Assembly (NCBI GenBank): GCA_963920595.1
Contig: OY986946.1
Coordinates: 1,612,001-1,676,000 of the forward strand
DNA from: Eimeria praecox
Taxonomy: Eukaryota
Length of the DNA: 64,000 nucleotides
Direction: 5' to 3'
Part shown: piece after piece, positions 1 through 12,600 of the stretch
Position numbering within the stretch: the stretch's first letter is position 1
How the letters are laid out: each line of letters begins with the position of its first letter
Translations under genes and position numbers: made by a program
Notes under the pieces: model-generated
Seen by the model: the letters and a program-made list of their open reading frames with translations, nothing else
Told to the model about the DNA's origin: nothing
The model's database searches: none

Positions 1-27
1 TGTCTCCTCTACATTTGGGGTGTACAG

Positions 28-1481
28 ACACCTGGAGTTCTTCTTTCTTTCTCATCTTTGTTGGGCTTTCATCGTCGGAGAGATGCATCATCAAACCTTC
101 TTCTTAACTCTATTAAATAAAACTCTCGCGCTGTCTCCTCAGCCTTTACATGAGGTTAGACCAGATATATTATACTGTCTCCTCATGTTATACTGTCTCC
201 TCATATTATACTGTGTCCTTATATCCTACTGTCTCCTCATATTATACTGTCTCATGTTATACTGTCTCCTCATATTCTTCTGTCTCCTCATATTATACTG
301 TCTCCTCATATTATACTCTGTCTCCTCATATTATACTGTCTCCTCATATTATACTCTGTCTCCTCATATTATACTCTGTCTCCTCATATTATACTCTGTC
401 TCCTCATATTATACTGTCTCCTCGTATTATACTGTCTCTTCATATTTCTGCTGTCTCTTCATATTTCTGCTGTCTCCTCATATTATACTCTGTCTCCTCA
501 TGTTATACTGTCTCCTCATATTATACTGTCTTCTAGTATTATACTGTCTCCTCATGTTATACTGTCTCCTCATATTCTACTGTCTCCTCATATTATACTC
601 TGTCTCCTCATGTTATACTGTCTCCTCATATTATACTGTCTCCTAGTGTTATACTGTCTCCTAGTATTATACTGTCTCCTCATGTTATACTGTCTCCTCA
701 TGTTATACTGTCTCCTCATATCCTACTGTCTCCTCATGTTATACTGTCTCCTCATGTTATACTGTCTCCTCATGTTATACTGTCTCCTCATATTATACTG
801 TCTCCTCAGATTATACTCTGTCTCCTCATGTTATACTGTCTCCTCATATTATACTGTCTCCTCATATTATACTGTCTCCTCTATTTTTGCTCTCTCCTCA
901 AACTCTGCTGTCTCCTCTCTCTCTGCTGTCTCCTCATATTCTACTGTCTCCTCATATCCTACTGTCTCCTCATATTTTACTGTCTCCTCATATTCTACTG
1001 TCTCCTCATATTCTACTGTCTCCTCATATTCTGCTGTCTCCACTCTTTCTGCTGTCTCCTCTGTCTCTGCTGTCTCCTCTTTCCCTGCTATCTCTTCATA
1101 TTCTGGTGTCTCTTCAACTTCTGCTGTCTGTCTCCTCTGTCTCTGCTGTCTCTTCTATCGCATCTATCTCCTCTGTGGCAGCTGTCTTCTCTATCTCACT
1201 TCTCTTTTCTATCTCTGCTGTCTGTCTCCTCTATCTCAGCTATCTGTTTCCTCCATCACAGCTATCTGCTGCTCCTTAACTGTTTGCTGCTCTTCAGGTG
1301 TCTGCAGCAGCAACAGCAGCAGCAGCAGCAGCAGCAGAAGAGTCTGCTGCAGCATTAGAAGAGAGACAATGTGTCTCCTCTTCAGATTCTGATGTCTTCG
1401 ACTTTGCTGCTGATAGCCCCACACCCTGGCGTCTCAGAGATGTTGCTGCTCCGCATGCACAGCAACTAACAAACAGCCCCA

Positions 1482-1512
<31 letters not shown>

Positions 1513-1690
1513 TGCTGCTGCTGCTGCTGCTGGTGTTTGTGAGACTGGCGGTGGTGGCGCTTCGCGCGGCTCTGCTGCTGCTGCTGCAGCAGAAGACTCA
1601 GCTGCAGCAGCAAGACATCCTGCAGGAGCAGGGGAGTCTGCAGCAACAGCAGCAACAACAACAACAACAACAGCAACAGCAACAGCAGCA

Positions 1691-1722
<32 letters not shown>

Positions 1723-1997
1723 AGACAGCCAGCAACGTGGAGACAGGATATGTCTATGACTCCCCTTGATTGTATTACCTATCGTAAGCACCCTGAGCCT
1801 GCTGTCTTGCTGCAGCAGGTATGTCGGCTGCTGCAGCTAGAGGCCCCACATCTAGCAGCAGCACTGCAGCAGCAGCAAAGCTTCAGGATGCATGCAGAGG
1901 CTGTTATTAGGTGGAAGGGAGACAGAGAACAGCAGCTGCAGCAGCTACTTAATGAGGTCAAAGGTAAGGAGACACATACTATTGCTTCTTCTCTTTA

Positions 1998-2081
<84 letters not shown>

Positions 2082-2169
2082 CTGTCTCCTCTTGTCTCTC
2101 TTTGTGTTTATAGCTCTTCTCTTTTTGTCTCCTTCTTGTAATTATTTTGAGTGAAACGCTTGGCTGTGT

Positions 2170-2223
<54 letters not shown>

Positions 2224-2345
2224 TCTCAGCTATTGCTGCTGCTGCTGTTGCTGTTGCTGCTTCTGCTTTTTTGTGCGTTGTTTTTTCTGCTGCTGCTGCT
2301 GCATTTGCTGCTTCTTCTGTTCCTGCATTTGTTCCTCATACGTTA

Positions 2346-2388
<43 letters not shown>

Positions 2389-2548
2389 AGATACACTACA
2401 AGAGGCAGGTGTGTCTTATGTTGGAGCAGCAGAAGGGAGTATGTGGGGTGTCTCCTCATCTTGGGGGAGTCTGTGGCCTCTCTCAGAAGTTTGTCTCTGG
2501 GTAGGGAGACAGCCTCTGATATTACAAAGAGAAGAAGAAGGACTGCAT

Positions 2549-2581
<33 letters not shown>

Positions 2582-2758
2582 CCTGCTGCTGCTGCTGCTG
2601 CTCCTGCTGCTGCTGCTGCTGCAGGAGGAGGAGGAGGAGAGGCTAGAAAAATATTTAATACAGGATATAAATATCTTCTGCTCAGAGCTTTCAGAGCCCT
2701 CGGTCTTTCGAAAGTAAGAAAAAGAAAGTAGACAATTATTACGTTCTTATATATTATA

Positions 2759-2820
<62 letters not shown>

Positions 2821-2826
2821 CGTTCT

Positions 2827-2857
<31 letters not shown>

Positions 2858-2903
2858 TATAATAATAATATAATGTATTATATATATTATATATATAATA
2901 TGT

Positions 2904-2935
<32 letters not shown>

Positions 2936-2938
2936 GGG

Positions 2939-2970
<32 letters not shown>

Positions 2971-3349
2971 AATGAAGAGACAGAGGAGGAGACGAACGGA
3001 GACAGGGAGAGACAAAGAGACACATATACAGAAACAGAGACAGACAGATACGGTTAGAGACAGACAGAGACAGACAGATACAGTTAGAGACAGAGAGAAA
3101 CAAAAGGAGACAGACAGAGACAGAGACAGAGACAGAGAGACAGTATATATAAACAGACAGAGACAGAGACAGGGACAGAGACAGAGAGACAGTATATATA
3201 AACTTCTCCTACTTGCTGCAGCAGCACCATGCATGCAGTGTTGCTGCAGCAAGTAGGAGAATGTCTGTTTTCTTTGTTTTCTTCTTTTTCTACTTGCTAT
3301 GTCTGCATAGACAGTATGCATGCAGAATACTTCTTGCTGCTGTCTGCTG

Positions 3350-3387
<38 letters not shown>

Positions 3388-3476
3388 AGGTTGTTTTCAT
3401 AGACGCACAAGAGTGGAGGATGGCGAAGGAGGTGCAGCAGCAGATGTCTTTGATTCGCTGTAAATTTGGTCTTTAA
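28..3476 (+). CDS. RAP-domain (helical-repeat RNA-binding) protein, 3' portion; 5' end lies outside the window
   Basis: Phase-consistent GT-AG exons 28-154, 1298-1963, 2391-2713, 3390-3476. C-terminus TGYKYLLLRAFRALGLSK/VVFIDAQEWRMAKEVQQQMSLIRCKFGL* resembles the RAP consensus (rLL..lG.kVv.I...EW). Exon 28-154 LSHLCWAFIVGEMHHQTFF resembles an OPR/FAST-type repeat. Needs one extra base near 1690 to stay in frame. Confidence 0.7.
166..1260. repeat. Intronic 18-bp minisatellite (CTGTCTCCTCATATTATA)n with 20-bp variants, degenerating towards the 3' end
   Basis: Directly visible tandem units filling most of the predicted intron 155-1297. Confidence 0.95.
2938..3192. repeat. (GACAGA/GAGA)n purine-rich microsatellite, intronic, with (TA)n tracts upstream
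   Basis: Visible gagacagacaga units inside intron 2714-3389. Confidence 0.85.
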
Positions 3477-3750
3477 AATCTTGCTGCTGCTGCTTGCTGC
3501 TGCTGCAGCTTGCTGTTGCTGTAGCTTGCTGCTGCTGCAGCTTGCTGCTGCTGCAGCTTGCTGCTGCTGTAGCTTGCTGCTGCAGCTTGCTGCTGTAGCT
3601 TGCTGCTGTAGCTTGCTGCTGCTGCAGCTTGCTGCTGTAGCTTGCTGCTGGCAGCAGCAGCAGCAGGAGTATTTATTGTCTCTTTCTTCGTCTGATGAAC
3701 TTGTCTACAAAACCCTTTTTAAGAACCTGCAGCTTCTAACTCCGTTGCAG

Positions 3751-3821
<71 letters not shown>

Positions 3822-3893
3822 CTCACATCATCATGATCAGCAGCAGCAGCAAAACACAGCAGCAGCATGAATAATAGCAGCAGCAGCAGCAAT

Positions 3894-3925
<32 letters not shown>

Positions 3926-4015
3926 GCGTAGATGATGACACACTCATTCGCCTAAGACGAGCTGCCTGCTCGATGGCCCTGAGATCTGACAGAATACAAA
4001 TTAATGCCTGAGGCG

Positions 4016-4096
<81 letters not shown>

Positions 4097-4545
4097 GTAT
4101 ATATATATATATATATGGGTATAGATATAGAAATATACAGATACATAGACATTAGATATAGATATATATATAGGTAGATAGATAGATAGATAGATAGATA
4201 GAAAGATAGATAGATAGATGCAGGTATAGATATATAGATATATAGATATATTGATATATAGATATACAGATATAGACATACAGACATAGATATATAGATA
4301 TATAGATAAGTATACAGGTATAGGTATATATAAAGAGAAAGATAGATAGATGTTTGATAGTTATATTGAGTTTGTTGTGCTTCTCGTGTTTGAGGCTGTC
4401 TGTGGGTTAGTTATGTATTTGTTTATTACATGTTTGTAGCTGCTAAGACATTTTAGTTTGTATAGTTGAAATGCCTCTGCTGTAAATCAATATCTTCGTA
4501 TCTTAAGAAACTCTATTACTGTGTTTGAGAGAGGCAGGTGTATAT

Positions 4546-4586
<41 letters not shown>

Positions 4587-5194
4587 ATATATATATATAT
4601 ATATTTAACACCTCGTTCCCTTGTTAGGTATGAAGAGTCTGTGTCTAATCTGTTTTAAACTACTACTATTAATACTAGTAGTAGTAGTTTATGTACGTGC
4701 AACGCAACCCTACTGTATTTACATGCGTAGCTTCTAAGGGGGCCCCCTTCTCTCCTTCAGCCCCTCAGCCACACTCTGCTGCTGCTGCTCTCAGCAGGGA
4801 TACTACGTATATAAAGATAAGATATATATATCTGCTGCTAGCGTCTCGAGATAAGCAAAGAAGGCTTAGGCCTTCTTGTTATACTCCCCTCTATACACAG
4901 AGACGGCTTAGAGCTCACAGATTAATTAGAAAGAAAACAGCAGATACAGCAAAGAAGCCTCCTAAACCCCTCCCCTCCCCCTCTTCCCCCCTCTCCCCCC
5001 GCTTCCCCCCCCCCCCAAAGCAACTGTACTCGTTCTGCTTGATTGTAGATATCGAAAGACAGTTCTATTTGTAATATATTACTTCTATAACACTCTACTT
5101 GTTAGCCTGCTTCTTTAAAATACGAAGACAGAGAAGCTGAAGAGGATGGCTCAAAGAAAAGTACGAGTCCACGGAGATATCAACACCCACCGAC

Positions 5195-5267
5195 GCCGCC
5201 TTAGCTTAGTCGGTAGAGCATTCGCTTAGTAAGCGAAAGGTCGCCGGTTCGATTCCGGCAGGTGGCT
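5195..5267 (+). tRNA. tRNA-Thr (anticodon AGT)
   Basis: 73-nt cloverleaf: acceptor GCCGCCT/AGGTGGC, D-arm GCTT..GAGC, anticodon arm TTCGC-TTAGTAA-GCGAA, T-arm GCCGG-TTCGATT-CCGGC; TTTT follows. Confidence 0.97.
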
Positions 5268-5562
5268 ATTTTATTATTGTTGTTTAATTTTGATGTTAAA
5301 TTTGAGGATTAATTAGATAAAGAGTAAAAAAATTGTTTTTTTTTTGAATATCTACTGCTTCTAGTTTTGTTGCTGGAAGTAGACAAGAGCACCAGCGATA
5401 CTTCCCAGCGCCGGTATAATACGAGTAGCAAAGCAACACAGATTTGAATGTATGACAGATTTGCATGTATAATCTCATTCAATATTGAATAGGGAGTACA
5501 AATCTCAACAAGTATAAGAAAGATAGGTTTATATGAAGTTGAAAAGACACAGCGGATAAAAG

Positions 5563-5635
5563 AGCCTCCTGCCGGAATCGAACCGGCGACCTTTCGCTTA
5601 CTAAGCGAATGCTCTACCGACTAAGCTAAGAAGGC
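5563..5635 (-). tRNA. tRNA-Thr (anticodon AGT), second copy
   Basis: Reverse complement has the same body with acceptor stem GCCTTCT/AGGAGGC; TTTT follows on the minus strand. Confidence 0.97.
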
Positions 5636-6247
5636 GTTGGCAATTTGGATTCGGCCGCAATAGTGTAAGTGGTTATATAAATTTTAATGGAATTTCAGCG
5701 GTTTTCTCTCTGATTGTCTACCAGTAAAGAAATAGTATGAACCAGGAAAGGTATTTTCTCCCGCTCAGCGGTGCTGCGTCTTCTCTGTCTGCGGAACCGC
5801 TCCCTGCCTGCATAGCGTGGTGATTTTATCTTGTTCAGGTGATTCCATCCCCATTCCAACGTAAGCCATATCCTGCAAAATCCAATGAGAAGGCAAATTT
5901 CATGAAGTTGCCAGTGTTGGAGTGTGTTGTTGCGGTGGGGTTGTTGCTGCCGAAGGCCGGTCAGTCCCAGGTCACTCTCATCATCATTTCTTCATGAGAA
6001 GCAAATGTAGATGTTAAATCTTTCCATTTCCGCCTATTTTTCAAGTTTAATCCTGTAGCAAACTTTTTTTAGAAAATTTCGAGTATACTGGCTCCACAGG
6101 GGTTCCAGTGGACACATAGAACACCGTTCTCAAACTCTGTTCAGCGTGTTTTTCTTATTACCCTGGCTGTTATTCTAGGTCTACAGAAGCCGTACTATCT
6201 GCTTTAAAACCAACTCACACATCCTTTATCGTTTTCTACCAGCCAAA

Positions 6248-9200
6248 ATGAAGATGCGCTGGCCCTTTGAGAGATTCGATGGTGCTGTGTGCAAGGCGAG
6301 CTTGAAGATGGCGATCAGCAGAGGTAATTCCTGCATATACTTGCAGAGACGCAGAACCCAGGATACCTCAAAAAGAAACTAGTTGAATATAAGCAGATCT
6401 ATTCATGCAGACAATGATATCTTCTCCTTTCTTCCTGTGTAGCCTTGTATTGTGTGTTAAGCTTCTTATTCTTCTTCTGGTGTTATTCGCAGCTCGCATG
6501 TGCACCAACAGATTGCAAAATTCCATCCGACTTCAACGCAAAGAAATCGCCAGTCTTCTTCGGTATGTCTTTCTTCCCTCTCCCGCATGTGTTTTCATAG
6601 AAATCATGCGTATATGTGTTCCATTATGCACTGAAATATACACTAGGATCGCATATTCTGCGAAAACGTCTAAGGATTTGATTGATAAAGAGCAAAACGA
6701 AGATGGGGGGAAGATGGGGGCTCTGCCGCAGCCCTCTAATGTCTTTATTTGAACAGCGTTCACACGTACGCATCGTGAATGGCTGTATGTAATGAAGTGG
6801 CAACACCATGCGGTATTTCTTACGCATGTGCGAGCAGAGAGGGGAGAGAAGAAGGCGCAAGACTGAAAGGAGAGCACTTGCTGCGCGAATACAGATTGGA
6901 GAGAGCGATGGAGATCCTCGTGACAGTTTGTGAACTCCTCATTTCTAGACTGGTGAGGCCACTGCAATAAACCGTATGCTTCCTTTTGTTTCTTTACAAA
7001 TCTAAAGCCTTTTCATCAGTACCTCGTTTCGCTCGCCACCGCAGGCAAAAGGAAGGGGTTTGGGATTTGCTTAGATGGGGGCTCCTGTGGGTTCTGTGGA
7101 AGGGCATAAATACATGTTGGGGGTACTTTACAGGTGTTAGATAAATTGAATGGGTGTTGAGCTTCTTCTACGATTGCAGAGCTATCTTGCCATGGAAAGG
7201 ACGTGTCCACCCGACTTAGTATCCCCGATCCACACCCTTCTTTATTGCGAACCGAGGCTAAGTACGCAGGGTCTTTCACTGTATGAACGGTGCAGAAAAC
7301 TACAGGTTTAGAGTCTATCAATAAGCATCTGTGGAATGCGGGTAGGGGAAATGCGGGAGGGGGGGGCGGGGGGGGGGGGGGGGGGGGGGGGGGTGGCTGG
7401 TTGCCTAACAGCCGATCGTTGGGCTGCTTTCTCTGCAGGTATTGACGAGCTGGCGACAGTCCGGCGGCAGTTTGCAGTGAAGTATGGAGAAGTGTTTGTA
7501 GAAAGCGCAGTTAAGAATGCCAAGCAAGAAGTCCATTTTAAGGTCGTTTGGCTTACAACCCTTTCCGTGAAGAGAATCAAAATAAATTAGAAGATAGCCT
7601 CTTTCAAACAGCTTCAATATTGAGGCATTATTAGCTGTTGTTGTGTTTACGCCTTCTGTTTTCCGCTGTCTGCGCAGCTCGTGCATGCACTGTCTCTCGC
7701 GCCTCCCTTAGAGTTCGACATTCAGCAACTCCTTTGTGGAATTGCGAAGGAATATTTCATATCTGAATGGAAGCCGAGCATAGCCATGGTGCGACGGGAG
7801 AATAAGAAAGCCCCGGAAAACACTTATTGCTTCACAGGCTTCTCTAAGTGTGTAACCGATAAATACAATATCATGTGACTTTCTATAGAATCCAGTGCAA
7901 GTAATGTTTTGCTGTTTGTTGTATGCATGCAGGAGGCAAATCAAACATGTGATTTCATCCCCCGGGTAAAGCAACCGAATTTTATTGCCTGTTTCCTCTT
8001 CAGTATATTTCGAAAACTATATATTTCGCTGTTTCTAGAAGTCTTATTGGCCCTCAGTTAGCACCCGTTGGGTGCACAGGATATGAAGGCATTGGATGGC
8101 TCAATCCCGCTGTTTCTTCAGCTTGTTAAGTGACAGGAACAATCTTTCTGTGTGTTTGTTTCGATCAGCCATCCATGACGTCGAAGCAAATGGGAACGCC
8201 TTTCCTGGGCATTCCTTCTTTCCCAGAGGTAAGCGAAATTAATGTAGCTAACCTGAATTTAGTTGTTTAGATTTCAGTTTAAGTTAGGAAGTTCCTCCTG
8301 CTCTGTTTCGCGTATATTCTGTTATTGCACTCACCTGCTTGTGAGCGACGCAGCCCCAGCAACACAAATCGCGTCAGCAGCAGCAACAGCCGCAACAGGA
8401 GCAGCAGCAGCAGCAGCCGCAACAGCCACATCAGCTCCAGCAACAAAGAGAGGAGGCTGCCATGGCTGTTCCAAAGACCAGCAGCAAAGATAAGCAAGGG
8501 CCGCCCTCGTCGTTCGTTGAGGACTCCCGTAACAGACTCCATAATGGAGTTTCGGCTGCCGGTTCCTTTCACCGAAAAGCAAGTAGACAGGATCCACGAG
8601 AAGACAGTCCAAAATGCCACATAGAAGCTCCCAGGCCAAGGACGCTGCAAACGGAGGACTGTGGCTTCCCATCACTTCAGCCTCCGCCAAACCCGCGATC
8701 TTCCTCTGCAGGTGAGACTCGAGCATTTAAAGCTGCACTCACCGCCGTTGCAATGCTGTTGCTTGTGGTAAGGCAAAAGCCTTCTGAAAAGAAAGTCAGT
8801 TGTCTTCTCAATACACAAGCCCAGTCACAAGGTGCCGAGGGTCTGTCATTGCGATGCAGATGAGGCTGCTGCCCAAAGCCTGCCAGTGCAGAACATGGAA
8901 TCCTGCTTCTTACCCGTACAAGATGAACGAACCCTCACACTAAACAAACGCTGCAACAGTAGCAGCAGCAGCAGCAGCAGCCGTTGGGTCCATGATGATT
9001 GCCGAACGCCCTATCAGCAAGAGATCCCTCTCGGCTCATGGCCTTCCCCAGAAAAGGCCCCCGTCCCTCATCTTCCTATCAACGACAATCTCTTCAGCCA
9101 GCAAAGAAGGGAGGCTATACAGTATACCACAAACCAAGCAAGCTGCGGCAATACAAGAACGCTCGAAAGCGGTTTCTCTCTCTCACATCCACATGAAAGA

Positions 9201-9263
9201 GAAGCCGTTGTCATGCGAACTCCGATACCTGCGGCCGCCATGCCTGCCTATTTCCCACTGTAG
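6248..9263 (+). CDS. IST1: IST1-like protein (regulator of Vps4 activity, ESCRT-III-associated)
   Basis: Phase-consistent exons 6248-6323, 6493-6562, 6838-6952, 7180-7261, 7439-7542, 7678-7788, 7933-7965, 8169-8228, 8354-8711, 8860-9263. Spliced N-terminus (CKASLKMAISRARMC..RKEIASLLREGREEGARLKGEHLLREYRLERAMEILVTVCELLISRL..IHTLLYCEPRLSIDELATVRRQFAVKYG..LSLAPP..IAKEY) matches the Ist1 domain. The last four exons are low-complexity and less certain. Confidence 0.88.
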
Positions 9264-9641
9264 CATCAACACTTGTGCTGTTTAGTGTTCTTAGTCTATA
9301 TACGCTTCCTTTTAGTAGGACAAAAGAAGCAACATATCGCCGACCCTCACCAGATACCCTGAGGGCATTTTCAATAATGCAGTGTCTCGCGGGATTCCGA
9401 GTACCGGGAACCCTTTTCTATTTGTCTAAATGAAACCGACTATGTCATTTTGGTGTTTCCTAGTATGTTATATTGCTCCTGCAGACAAAACTGCAGCATC
9501 AGTCGGCTAGCTCGAAGTGCCATGAATCTAAAACAACGCATGTCCCTTTAACTCGAAAGTATGCGGAATGTCAGTTGCTGCCAACAGGCAGCGGCGGTGG
9601 ATTAAAACAAGTTGCTATGGAGATATTTCTATATCTACCGG

Positions 9642-12600
9642 CTAAGAGTCGTTGTCTGTCTCGGCATATCTCTGAGCATCCCAAGTACCGAGTTGCACTA
9701 CAGACGTAGACCCGTGCACTGCCTCGAGCAACTCTTTGTACAGCTGCGAAATGAGAGCAGCAGAAGGGCAGGGAATCTGGTAGCAGCGGTCTCCCCGCGC
9801 TTCTACATGCCTCAAAGCCCCGACGTGGCTGCGCTGAGCTCTCGGGGAACTGTCGAGGCTGCTGAGAGCCACCAGGACATCCTTAGGCTGCTGTACGCTA
9901 GGCTGACCTGCGCGAATGACAACGCCGTGCGTGCTGGCCCGTATGTCGCGAACCAAAGGAATGCTCGCATGCCATAGAACATTAACGTTCTTGGCCCCTC
10001 CCGACTCCGACTCATCCCCAACTTGGGATCCACCACAAGCCTGCGGAGCTCCAGCCAGGTCGACGAAGAAGATATCCTTGGGATAGAACAGCACCACCAA
10101 GTGCCGTGGCGGCAACACCTCTTCCTTCAACACGGTTATAAACTTCTGAAGGCGCCGCGTCACCGCTAAACCCAAACACTCGCGCAGTGTCGCCTCCGTC
10201 TCATCATAGGGCCTGTGAGAAAAGATACAAATACAAGCAAAGTCACTGCGCCGGTACCAGCCATCAATCAGCAAAGCTCTTTGTGTCAAATTAAGTTCTA
10301 GTTTTTAATCTACTACAAACAATTGTCATTTCCCTGACGCATCGAATCATCCACGTTTGCATATGAAGCATACAGCGCTCGTTGGCTCCTGCTGCAGCCT
10401 CCATGAATCAACGTTTACCTAAATTGTGCAATAGAGTGCTCGTACCTGATTTCCCCAAGCTCTCCCAGCATTCGGGGTTTGCGCCTTCGCTCATTCCTAA
10501 ATTTAGAAGCTCCAATTGGTTTGGAGACCTCTGCTTTGATGCCTCGGGTGACATCAGATACGGCTTGGCCGACCTTGTCTAATGGCTTGACTAGAGAGCC
10601 AACAATACCTTTGCCGATGCCCTTGAAAAATCCACCTACGCCTTCTCGCTGTGCCCCCTCAATGGGTTTGGTTACGATATTCGTCAGTGACCACACACCC
10701 TCCCCAATGTTCTTGCCCGCAGAGAGAAAGCCGTCTCGCATGCTCGACGCGCTCCGTACGCGCTCTCTCTGCCGCCTGTTGATGTACTCTGAGTCAAAGG
10801 TGAAGGTTGAAAGCAAACTACCCAAGCCAGCGCTCACGCTGTCCACGGCGTTTGCTGCCAAACCGATGGTGTTCTTTCCCAGTTCAAACGGCATACGCGG
10901 CAAATTCAGAAGCGAGCTTTGCCCCAAAGATGAGAACACAGAATTCAACAAATGGTATGTGTAACGTTCCTGTAATGATGCCATAAAGGTCTTTGCAGTC
11001 CCCCGTAAATTCCTGAATTCCTCTCGCTGGAAATTCAGTTTCGCCCCCTGAAAAAAGTACAGACCCGCGTAATTTGCCGGAATAAACAACACTCTACTGC
11101 TGCAGCAGCTTCTGACTCGTACGTGTTTTGGATTGAAGCAGTAACCCTCACAAAGTACCAAATCGAATCAAGTGCAGCATTTTATTCGGATGCCATAGTT
11201 CCATACTACACCGGCACATACATACTAGAGTGTAGATATCTCTCTCTCAGTAGGCACAAGACTTGGAGCTAGCGATGCACAGCTTACCATGAGCTCCAGG
11301 CGCCCTGATGCCATTAGAATGCGCAAGCCCACTTTGAGGAGATCCGACAGCATGTGCATTTTGTCCAAGACGAAGGAACACCAGCAGTAAACGTCAAATC
11401 TGTCAATTAGCATGGACTCTAAGGACAACACCGTTGGCAAGGGAGGCCGGGTGTACGTTTGATGAATAGGGGATTCAATCCACACCCCCAGTTCCTCTGC
11501 TGAAACCGTGCGACGGGACGCAGCGCTCATCAGCCCCAATGACGTCATACATGCCCACAGGAAGTCCTGCAGCAAACGCAAATCGCTCTAGTGGAGCACA
11601 GGACTACTTCGCTCGTGTCACCAGATCACGTGCAAAATCAAGAAACCAAAGGGTAGGCATCTTGTGGAATATCCCACAACACGCGACACCGGCTCCCTGC
11701 AAGCGATCCTTCTATGCCATGCAGCTCATGCTTCACTTTATCCGTATACGTTCACAATCGCGTCAGCTATCATAAATAATGGGAAGACACGTCAGGGACT
11801 TACGTTAAGACCATTAAGCGCATCGGCATCGATTTCCACCTCCAAGTTGTCCACTTCCAGCTGAACTCGGCGCAAAATGATGTCGCTGCTGGTCGTGTGG
11901 TGTCGAACAACGAAAAGACTAAGGAACGGCTTTGATGCGCCTTGAGCTGAAAATGACTGTGCGCATGAACAGTGTACATGGACACAAACGAAAACCTCAC
12001 CAACCCAACCTATGGAAGAAGAAACACGTGAATGTATCGGGTAATGTTGTAAACGATTACGACGAAATTTCAAAATTATGAGGGCAAAACACTGGGAGGA
12101 TCCGTATCCGCCTGGTTTTATTGGCGCGTTCTAGCTCTCCTTTGAAGAAGACAGCTTTTAATTCTAACGGCACGCAGTCTAAACCAGTAGATCAATAAGC
12201 AATTCCTCTAAATTATAGTTTAGGCTTTTCATCTCTTTCTCAGCTCGCATAACTAGATGTGCGGTAAGAGAAGCAAACATGCAAGGTGGTAAGCACTGCA
12301 GCCACTCGTTTCGTCAGTTGAAATTCACACTGGCTCCCAAATACGTTATTATCAAATGAACGTATCGCATGATTTAGCTTGTGAACGTGCAAAGTGTCAT
12401 CGTAAATACCTCTTCAGTGCCGCTGCCACCTCCACCTCTATTGGCAAGGAGGACCGGTTTTCTGGCGTGCTCCATTTGGTTGTCGATTTGGATGTCGGCA
12501 ATGCGAACGAGTAATTTCTGTCGTTCTCCTCTCTCCTGAAACCCGATGGCCAACTGAGACATCTCCGCGAAACATAGCTCTTCTCTCACAGCGTCATAGA

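Noticed and set aside
20..1392. Long ORFs (LYCLLI / TVSSYY repeats) over the 18-bp array; also a CRISPR-like appearance
   Set aside because: Products of a tandem minisatellite lying in a phase-consistent intron; no unique spacers and no cas genes.
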